Shown here: one piece after another, positions 1-6,120 of the stretch
Layout of the letters: each line of letters opens with the position of its first letter
How positions within the stretch are numbered: the stretch's first letter is position 1
NCBI GenBank assembly: GCA_021819105.1
Contig: JAKASK010000002.1
Location: 86,992 to 118,991 of the forward strand
DNA from: an archaeon
GTDB taxonomy: Archaea; Thermoproteota; Nitrososphaeria; Nitrososphaerales; Gagatemarchaeaceae
DNA length: 32,000 bases
Direction: 5' to 3'
Notes under the pieces: generated by a model
The model's database searches: none
Told to the model about the DNA's origin: nothing
The model's input: the letters and a program-made list of their open reading frames with translations, nothing else
Made by a program: the position numbers and the translations under genes

Positions 1-69
1 TGGTAGTGACGAGCCTCGTCATGTCTCTCGGCGTCGGCTACCTTCTCTTCGTAGGGATATTCCAGGTCC

Positions 70-1158
70 TCATACCCGGAAGGTAGGCGGCGCCGGGGTC
101 CGGCCGTACCCCCTGCCGACGACGTAGAGGCTGACGGCGAGTGCGGCCACGCTCACGATCGGGGGGACCACGGCGCCCCAGAGGTTGGAGTACACGGCCT
201 GCACCGTTGCCACCCCTCCGAACACCACAGAGACAAGGGTCGGCGCCAGGCAGGAAGGGCAGGTCGCGGTATACCCGAGGAAAGCGCCCACACCTGACAG
301 CGTCGCGCTAGCCGAGCAGGCGCCTCCCATCCTCTGGCTCCTCCTCACCAGGTTGTAGGTCGCGACGACCGCTGACGCGACCAGCACGGACATCGCCACC
401 GCGAGAGCAAGCTCGAACGGCTGGAAGATGAAATTGACGAACTGGTTCAGCTGCACGAGGACGTAGGGGGTGTAGATCGCCGTCTCCGCCACGCTCCCCG
501 GCGCCGGCCCGCTGGTGAACACGTATGCCCAGGGGTACAGGCCGAGGGGTGACTGGACGAAGTTGCCGGGCGCGGTGTTGTACCCGGTGATCACTATCTC
601 GTTGACGAGGATTTCGTAGGTCACAAAGTAGAGCGCCCCTGTCAGGTATGCCGTCAGCCTGAGCCTCCTTTCGGAGAGCGGGGCGCGTAGGAATGGGAAG
701 GCGGCGACGACGAGGTACGGTATGCCGATGACTGCGGCGACTCCAAGGGAGACGACGTACACCCCCCCTGCCAGGTCCGCAGGCGAAGACGGGTACGGGT
801 AGCTGGCGGCGAGCAGGAACTTCATCGACCCGAAGGCCACGACCGCCAGCGTCGCCGATGCGAGCGCGGCGACAGGGCCCTTTTTCGCTCCTCCCGGGGC
901 GGGGGGCGAAGCGCTCCCGGTCTCAGACACAGGGTCCGCGTTGCTGGGCCTGCCTCTGCGGAGGAGCAGGGTCAGGCCCACCGCGAGCGAAGCGGCAAGG
1001 TAAACTGCCACCGAAGAAAGTCCGGACGCCCCCCCTTGGCTCACTGCATAGTAGGAGATCAGCAGCGGCAGGCCGAACATCAGGGCGACCACGAAGAATG
1101 CGTAGGAGCGTAGGACCCCCGCCGGTTCTACCGAGAAGTCCAAGGCTCCACCCTGCAC
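70..1158 (-). CDS. Polytopic membrane protein with membrane-embedded CPSC motif (uncharacterised; paralog of 23064..23939)
   Basis: 362-aa ORF with a GTG start downstream of a TATA-like CTTAAATT (about 1186-1195, minus strand). Many hydrophobic helices. The C-terminal module GGACSASATL...GYTATCPSCLAPTL aligns by eye with TCCGSPG...GLFTGCPTCAGLFL of the 23064 ORF. Confidence 0.7.
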   Translation of the reverse strand: MQGGALDFSVEPAGVLRSYAFFVVALMFGLPLLISYYAVSQGGASGLSSVAVYLAASLAVGLTLLLRRGRPSNADPVSETGSASPPAPGGAKKGPVAALASATLAVVAFGSMKFLLAASYPYPSSPADLAGGVYVVSLGVAAVIGIPYLVVAAFPFLRAPLSERRLRLTAYLTGALYFVTYEILVNEIVITGYNTAPGNFVQSPLGLYPWAYVFTSGPAPGSVAETAIYTPYVLVQLNQFVNFIFQPFELALAVAMSVLVASAVVATYNLVRRSQRMGGACSASATLSGVGAFLGYTATCPSCLAPTLVSVVFGGVATVQAVYSNLWGAVVPPIVSVAALAVSLYVVGRGYGRTPAPPTFRV

Positions 1159-1214
1159 CTGTCGCCGCGGACCCGACGACCGAATTTAAGCCTCTTCACG
1201 AGACTCCGCGCCTG

Positions 1215-1394
1215 TCAGATCTGGACCACCCGGGAGAGGATGACGTAGACGACCGCGCCCGCCGCCGCGGTTATCCCAAGGCTCGTGACCAGGTAGTACT
1301 GGTGCGGAAGAACCCCGTAGGCCACGTACATCGCGCCTCCCGCGACCACAGAAAGACTGGCTATTATGCTGAAGAAGATGTTGAAGCTCTTCAA
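1215..1394 (-). CDS. Small two-TM membrane protein, 59 aa (absent from the ORF track)
   Basis: Hand translation from TTG at 1394 to TGA at 1215-1217 gives MKSFNIFFSIIASLSVVAGGAMYVAYGVLPHQYYLVTSLGITAAAGAVVYVILSRVVQI. Third-codon positions are about 80% G/C, like confirmed genes here. It has two hydrophobic helices and is one residue under the 60-aa track cutoff. Confidence 0.45.
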   Translation of the reverse strand: MKSFNIFFSIIASLSVVAGGAMYVAYGVLPHQYYLVTSLGITAAAGAVVYVILSRVVQI

Positions 1395-1433
1395 CTGCTT
1401 GGGCGGAGCCGGCTGGGCGATATAAGGAGTCAG

Positions 1434-1441
1434 CCTTAAAT
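1434..1441 (+). promoter_or_regulatory. TATA-like box (CCTTAAAT) for cupredoxin gene 1468
   Basis: A/T-rich octamer about 30 nt upstream of the TTG start at 1468. The same A/T element read on the minus strand lies upstream of the 1215..1394 ORF. Confidence 0.5.
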
Positions 1442-1442
1442 C

Positions 1443-1456
1443 CCTAACTGGTTCGG
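1443..1456. promoter_or_regulatory. Palindromic operator-like site CCTAAC-TG-GTTCGG
   Basis: 6-2-6 inverted repeat lying between the TATA-like box (1434-1441) and the TTG start (1468) of the first cupredoxin. One of seven copies of the family. Confidence 0.6.
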
Positions 1457-1467
1457 ATTCACCAAGC

Positions 1468-1908
1468 TTGAAGCGGAAGTACGTTTACCTCTCACTGGAG
1501 ATAATAGCCATCCTCGCGGTGACCTACCCGGTCATCTGGTCGGTCTACGCCGGGACCACCAGCGGCAACGCGCCGTTCTCCTGTCCCCCGCTGATCCCCT
1601 GCGACAACAACGCGCAGCCTGTCAGCACGACATGCACGACCTTCTGCATCATCAACATTCAGAACGCTGCCTTCTCTCCGGCCAACATCAACGTCACCCA
1701 GGGCGCCACCCTGGAGTGGGTCAACCTTGACTCGATAGCCCATACTTCGACGGCCGTCTACTCGGGCGCCTGGAACTCAGGGGTGATACCGCCAGGCGGG
1801 CACTTCCTCCTGACAGTCAACCTCGCGCCCGGGACGTACTACTACCAGTGCAACGTGCACCCGTTCATGACCGGCCAGATCAACGTGCTCCCCGCGGGCA
1901 GCACCTGA
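1468..1908 (+). CDS. Membrane-anchored type-1 (blue) copper protein, amicyanin/plastocyanin-like cupredoxin
   Basis: 146 aa with an N-terminal TM anchor. Cupredoxin pattern FSPANINVTQGATLEWVNLDSIAHT...GTYYYQCNVHPFMTGQINV. Ligand set is His...Cys-x2-His-x2-Met; CNVHPFM has the same spacing as the amicyanin loop CTPHPFM. Confidence 0.88.
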   Translation: MKRKYVYLSLEIIAILAVTYPVIWSVYAGTTSGNAPFSCPPLIPCDNNAQPVSTTCTTFCIINIQNAAFSPANINVTQGATLEWVNLDSIAHTSTAVYSGAWNSGVIPPGGHFLLTVNLAPGTYYYQCNVHPFMTGQINVLPAGST

Positions 1909-1921
1909 ACGCGGTTGGTTC

Positions 1922-1935
1922 CCTAACCCGTAAGG
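1922..1935. promoter_or_regulatory. Palindromic operator-like site CCTAAC-CC-GTAAGG (one mismatch)
   Basis: Lies 14 nt after the stop of the 1468 gene and 17 nt upstream of the T-rich TATA-like TTTTTTATT (1953-1961) that precedes GTG 1982. Confidence 0.45.
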
Positions 1936-1981
1936 GACGAATCCGATACCCTTTTTTATTCGGCTTTCCGGGATTTATCCC

Positions 1982-2599
1982 GTGGGCTCAGGAGTCAGAG
2001 CCATCCTTGTCTTCCTTGGCGGGATGCTGTTCACCGTCGCGTTAGGGGTAGCAACACAGTACAACATGCTGGTCCTGGCGCTCGGATCCATCGGGAGCAT
2101 GCTCTTCGCCCTCCGCGAGGGGTTCGTAGCCACAGGAGAAGAGGGAAGGGGGGCCACTAAGCTTCCGGTCAGGTGGATCTGGTTCGTAGGTTGCGTCGCC
2201 CTGGTCCTGCTGACGCTCACACCGATCCTTGGAGCCTACTCACCTACGATTGCCGCGACTGGGGGCGGTGGAGGCGGAGGTGGAGGTGCGGCACCCTCGG
2301 GGCTGACCCCGACATGCGGGAACCCGTGCATCATCATCATCAGGAACTCGGCCTTCGGTAGCGGCTCGCAGCTCCAGAACGGGAACGGATACGTCGTGGT
2401 GAAGGCGGGGACCACTGTGACCTGGGAGAACCGCGACAACACCCAGCACACCACTACCTCGACGGCCAGCCCGCCGCTCTGGGACAGCGGCATCCTGAAT
2501 CCAGGCCAGCAGTTCTCGCATACCTTCAACACCCCGGGGACATTCTCGTACATCTGCAACGTGCACCCGATGGCAGGAACTGTCGTAGTCGTATCCTAG
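1982..2599 (+). CDS. Membrane-anchored type-1 cupredoxin with 3 N-terminal TM helices and a poly-Gly linker
   Basis: 205 aa with a GTG start. Run of Gly codons at 2261-2287. Cupredoxin pattern VTWENRDNTQHTTTS...GTFSYICNVHPMAGTVVVVS (His...Cys-x2-His-x1-Met). Confidence 0.85.
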   Translation: MGSGVRAILVFLGGMLFTVALGVATQYNMLVLALGSIGSMLFALREGFVATGEEGRGATKLPVRWIWFVGCVALVLLTLTPILGAYSPTIAATGGGGGGGGGAAPSGLTPTCGNPCIIIIRNSAFGSGSQLQNGNGYVVVKAGTTVTWENRDNTQHTTTSTASPPLWDSGILNPGQQFSHTFNTPGTFSYICNVHPMAGTVVVVS

Positions 2600-2675
2600 A
2601 ACGCCTCTGTTCGGAAGCGCCTGCTTTGTGTCCTCTGCTGTGACTTGGCCATAGGGTGACTTTCTGCGCCCGTTC

Positions 2676-3143
2676 ATGCTCCAGGTCGGAGCGGCAGCCT
2701 TCCTCCTGTACGCTGCGCACAGGTTCTATCTGCAGTTTCTCCTGGTCGTCTGGGGGGCGGCCGTCATGGCTGGCATCGCCATCTATGAGAGGAGGGCAGT
2801 TGGGTGGACGCAAGTCCCGAAGGCGCTGGCCGAGGCAGGCAGGCTGGTCGAGCTGCGGCAGCGCCTGGCAGCCATCGAAGAGGAGCTTTCGGCGTCGAGC
2901 AAGGAAGAGGATGCGCGACACCTGCGCGCGTGGAAGGGGTCTGCCGAGCAAGGAATCCGAAAGACGGGGTGGTCGGTTGGGGAGTCAGGGCTCGAGGACA
3001 TCCAGAGCGCCTCGGGCCCCGATGGAATGGGCCCCCTGCCACCGCGGGGGGGACCCGGAAGCGGCGGAGCCAGCAGGAGCGCGAGTGGAGTCACCTGCTG
3101 GATTCGTTCGACGAGTAGGAGGTTCTGGCGTCCGAGCCGCTAG
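2676..3143 (+). CDS. Hypothetical 2-TM plus coiled-coil protein, probably frameshifted near 3046-3052
   Basis: ATG ORF with two N-terminal hydrophobic helices and a heptad-like segment (LVELRQRLAAIEEEL). High GC3 holds in this frame only to about 3050. After the G7 run the neighbouring frame has the coding-like GC3 and ends ...QQEREWSHLLDSFDE at TAG 3116-3118. Confidence 0.4.
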   Translation: MLQVGAAAFLLYAAHRFYLQFLLVVWGAAVMAGIAIYERRAVGWTQVPKALAEAGRLVELRQRLAAIEEELSASSKEEDARHLRAWKGSAEQGIRKTGWSVGESGLEDIQSASGPDGMGPLPPRGGPGSGGASRSASGVTCWIRSTSRRFWRPSR

Positions 3144-3169
3144 AGTCCGCCAGGGCCAGGCTCGAGCTG

Positions 3170-3436
3170 ATGGCGGCGAACGTCAGAGCGCACTGTCGGC
3201 TGCTGAGGGAACTCGAGCGCAGAAGCAGTAACCCGGGGGACTATGGAGACGCCTGGGCTCCCTTCGCTTCGACCGCCAAAAGGGCGACGTCGGACCACGA
3301 CGTCCGAGTCCATGCCTCCAGGAAGGCCAGGGCGAAGTTAGACGGCCCCTACGACTTGGCCACCTCCAGGGGCCCGGTTGCAGGGGAAGCGGCAGGGACG
3401 GAGAAGCTGGAAGATGACGCTGAACGCCGGAAGTAA
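3170..3436 (+). CDS. Hypothetical protein (88 aa)
   Basis: ATG ORF with high GC3 by hand count. It is in the same frame as the post-frameshift tail of the upstream gene. No recognisable motif. Confidence 0.35.
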   Translation: MAANVRAHCRLLRELERRSSNPGDYGDAWAPFASTAKRATSDHDVRVHASRKARAKLDGPYDLATSRGPVAGEAAGTEKLEDDAERRK

Positions 3437-3448
3437 GTTGCTGCGGAC

Positions 3449-4429
3449 TCAGCTCGTCGTGCCGCAGGCAGTCGCGTGGCTGGTGCAGTAGGGGTTAGGG
3501 AGGACCACCAGGTAGCCGAACATCCCATTGGAGACGTGGTAGTGGCAGAAGAACTCGTAGATGCCGGGCTGCGTTGCCTGGAAAGCCGCCACCCCGTACA
3601 CTTCGGAGTACCCTGCCGAGGTGTTGAGCAGGATCATGTGGACTAGGTTGTCCACCGGGACGTCTTGGATGGACGGAGGGCTGATGGTCGGAACGCCGTT
3701 CTGTGCGACGACGAAGTTGGTCGCGGGCGAGGTCACTGGCATGAGGGCAGTCCCGGACACGCAGTACACTCCTGAAACCCCTGCGGACTCCTGCGCAAAT
3801 GTCCCGCTGTTCGAGCACGACCCGGGAATGTTGGCGTTGGTCACGAAGTTGTGCATCCCTGCCATCGAGTCGTTGATCTGGAAGTTGTAGTACCCTGTGG
3901 CAAGGGTGAAGGTGTGGGCGTCGGTATCGTTGTGAATGAACATTATCTGCACTATGTCCCCTTGGTTCACCACTATCTGGTTAGGGCAGAACCGGTCCTG
4001 ACCAGTATTGTCAGTGTTGCACCAGTCAATCTTGTAGGCTACAGTCTTCGGCTGGACCCCCAGCGAGGCGAGCGCCGCGTTGAGGCTCGAACTCACGGCA
4101 GAAACCCCGGAGTTGGAATTCGCCGTGCTTTGAGCCTGGAAGGCGACCGAGAGAGAAGCGAGAGCGATCAAGATTGCTACCACTGCGACCGCGAGCGCCG
4201 CCCAAACTGTGCTCGAGGAGGTGGTCCCGCCGCCAGAGGCGACGGATGGGGCGCTCAGTGACCCTCTGTAGGCTGCGCCGAAGAAGAGCACTCCGGAGCC
4301 GATCGGGAGAAGTATCAGAGCCGATAGCATCGCGATGAACCCGGGCGTGACGTTCACGAACACACCATAGAACAGGAACATGCCCACCAGAGCAAGCAAG
4401 AGCCCGACCGAAGTTAGGGTTCTATTCAA
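3449..4429 (-). CDS. Membrane-anchored blue copper protein, sulfocyanin/rusticyanin-like cupredoxin
   Basis: 326 aa with a TTG start, 3 N-terminal TM helices and a Ser/Thr/Gly linker. C-terminal cupredoxin motifs: IMFIHNDTDAHTFTL...GIYEFFCHYHVSNGMFGYLVVL (His...Cys-x2-His-x4-Met). The GMFG.LVV tail resembles rusticyanin GMFGKIVV. Confidence 0.8.
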   Translation of the reverse strand: MNRTLTSVGLLLALVGMFLFYGVFVNVTPGFIAMLSALILLPIGSGVLFFGAAYRGSLSAPSVASGGGTTSSSTVWAALAVAVVAILIALASLSVAFQAQSTANSNSGVSAVSSSLNAALASLGVQPKTVAYKIDWCNTDNTGQDRFCPNQIVVNQGDIVQIMFIHNDTDAHTFTLATGYYNFQINDSMAGMHNFVTNANIPGSCSNSGTFAQESAGVSGVYCVSGTALMPVTSPATNFVVAQNGVPTISPPSIQDVPVDNLVHMILLNTSAGYSEVYGVAAFQATQPGIYEFFCHYHVSNGMFGYLVVLPNPYCTSHATACGTTS

Positions 4430-4444
4430 CCAATCACTGCTCGG

Positions 4445-4458
4445 CCTAACAGGTTAGG
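4445..4458. promoter_or_regulatory. Perfect palindromic operator-like site CCTAAC-AG-GTTAGG
   Basis: Perfect 6-2-6 inverted repeat between the TATA-like CTTTAAAAG (4467-4475) and the TTG start (4429) of the sulfocyanin-like gene. Confidence 0.65.
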
Positions 4459-4466
4459 GAAGGTTG

Positions 4467-4475
4467 CTTTAAAAG
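4467..4475 (-). promoter_or_regulatory. TATA-like box for the sulfocyanin-like gene
   Basis: CTTTAAAAG, about 42 nt upstream of the TTG at 4429 on the minus strand. Confidence 0.45.
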
Positions 4476-4580
4476 TGTTTAATCTTCCGTTCGTCTCCGC
4501 CGATTTACTGAAGATTCGTTCGGGAAAGTGGTCATGCTGACGGGCGGTGCGCCGCCCCGACAGAAAGTTCCCGACACTCA

Positions 4581-4590
4581 CTAAAAATAT
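4581..4590 (+). promoter_or_regulatory. TATA-like box for beta-propeller gene 4612
   Basis: CTAAAAATAT, centred about 26 nt upstream of the GTG at 4612 (leaderless geometry). Confidence 0.5.
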
Positions 4591-4611
4591 GACCGAAGGT
4601 TAGGTCCGATT

Positions 4612-6120
4612 GTGAATGTCGAGCGACTGCGCAGTTCGCGCCTGCTCTGTGCTCTGCTGATTGCGTTCTATCTGACGTCTTCGTCCCTCGCTGCGTCGGC
4701 TTACGGGAGCGGAGGATCCCACTCCGGGAACGGGACGGCACCTGGGCAGGACGCGTCGCCTCCGATCTCGACGGTCGCCGTCAATCAGAGCTCGGCTTAT
4801 CCGCTTGGCGTCGCGGCCGACAGGTCTGGCAACGTCTGGTTCGCAGAAGACAACCTCGACGCCCTGGCAGTGTACTCCCCCTCCAATGCGACCATGAAGA
4901 CGTTCCCCATCCCCACCCCGCACCACCTCGCATGGATTTGGTTCATGATCTTCGACGGAAATGGGAGCCTCTGGTTCTCGGACGCGTCGCAGCAGCTACT
5001 GTGGAGGTTCGACCCGGCCACAGGGGCCTTCGCCAACTACACCGCAGGCACGGCTTACCCGATGGTGCTGCACTACGACCAGCAAAGGAACAGGATGTGG
5101 TTCACGTCTCTGACGACCAGCCAGGTTGGTTACTTCGACATCGCGGGAGAGAGCGCGGTCCTCGACAGGGTCGTGAACCTCAGCTCGTCTGTCACCGGGT
5201 CGGGGGTCGCAGGTATCACCGTCGACTCTGCGGGCAACGCGTACGTGGCGGAGGCGCTACAGGCGAAGATCGTGGAGCTGGACGGCAACACCCTATCCAT
5301 CATCAGGACCTGGGAACTCACGCCCGGTTCTCAGCCTGTCGGGCTTGCGCTCGACCCCGCCCGGGGGCGCCTATGGTTTACAGACCACGCGTCGAGCTTC
5401 TTCGGGTACGTTGAACTGGACTCGGCTGGCTTCGTGGAATACCCCACGTCGCTCTTGTTCACCGGGGGCGAGTACGCCTTCACGCTCCCATATTGGATTA
5501 CCGTCTCCTCCTCCGGAGACGTGTGGTTCAACGAGCACATAGCCAACCGGATCGGCAGATTCGACCCTGCAACCCTGCAGCTTACGGAGTTCAACATCCC
5601 GACCAACAGCTCGTCCCCCCTGATGATCTCGGTGGACGACCGGACCGGGCAAGTCTGGTTCACCGAGTTTGCAGGCAACGCTCTGGGAGAGGTCGACGAG
5701 AATTCCACGCTCGGAGTCTCCGTCAGCGACAGCATCGCCGCGGGGACAGCAGCCCCTACGATATCGTTCACGAGCACCCCGAACCCCGCACCGGCTGCTC
5801 CCCCGACGGTCAGCATCACAGGGGAAAGCACGGGGGAACCCGGGCCCGCCTTCGGGGCGACCGCCAGCGCCCAGGAGAGCGCCTTCCTGGTCAGCGTGAC
5901 GGCCAACCGTGCGGGACCAGGGAACTACACGGCCGCCGTCTGCTACCAATACGCCTACGTCAATCAGTGCGGGTACCTCATGCTGGTGGTGCCGCCGCCA
6001 GGGTCCTCTCTTCCACTACTCTACTCGGTCTATGCAGCGACCGGGGTGGGGGTCGTAGTGCTGGTCCTTGCTCTCTTGCGCGAGACGCGGAGCGCCCGGC
6101 GCCGGCCGCGCACTGCGTGA
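4612..6120 (+). CDS. Surface-exposed beta-propeller repeat protein (Vgb/streptogramin-lyase-like, NHL-type) with C-terminal TM anchor
   Basis: 502 aa with a signal-peptide-like N-terminus. Repeated blades: SGNVWFAEDN, GSLWFSDAS, NRMWFTSLT, GRLWFTDHA, GDVWFNEHIANRIGRFDP, GQVWFTEFAGNALGEVD. Several N-x-S/T sequons. C-terminal hydrophobic helix followed by RETRSARRRPR. Confidence 0.8.
   Translation: MNVERLRSSRLLCALLIAFYLTSSSLAASAYGSGGSHSGNGTAPGQDASPPISTVAVNQSSAYPLGVAADRSGNVWFAEDNLDALAVYSPSNATMKTFPIPTPHHLAWIWFMIFDGNGSLWFSDASQQLLWRFDPATGAFANYTAGTAYPMVLHYDQQRNRMWFTSLTTSQVGYFDIAGESAVLDRVVNLSSSVTGSGVAGITVDSAGNAYVAEALQAKIVELDGNTLSIIRTWELTPGSQPVGLALDPARGRLWFTDHASSFFGYVELDSAGFVEYPTSLLFTGGEYAFTLPYWITVSSSGDVWFNEHIANRIGRFDPATLQLTEFNIPTNSSSPLMISVDDRTGQVWFTEFAGNALGEVDENSTLGVSVSDSIAAGTAAPTISFTSTPNPAPAAPPTVSITGESTGEPGPAFGATASAQESAFLVSVTANRAGPGNYTAAVCYQYAYVNQCGYLMLVVPPPGSSLPLLYSVYAATGVGVVVLVLALLRETRSARRRPRTA

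Noticed and set aside
1-69. Possible partial gene at the left edge
   Set aside because: No frame with a convincing start or stop or a recognisable motif within 69 nt, so it cannot be supported.
858-1439. 193-aa plus-strand ORF overlapping the 70..1158 membrane protein and the 59-aa micro-ORF
   Set aside because: The translation is Arg/Pro/Gly-rich and low-complexity, antisense to a gene with clear TM structure. This is typical shadow-ORF behaviour in high-GC DNA.
2261-2287. GGN-repeat tract that looked like a microsatellite or low-complexity DNA repeat
   Set aside because: It is in frame within the 1982 cupredoxin ORF and encodes a poly-Gly tether between the TM domain and the copper domain. 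It is not an independent repeat element.
4453-4459. GTTAGGG half-sites resemble the TTAGGG telomeric repeat
   Set aside because: They are single copies in inverted pairs within promoters, not tandem arrays, so the resemblance is coincidental.
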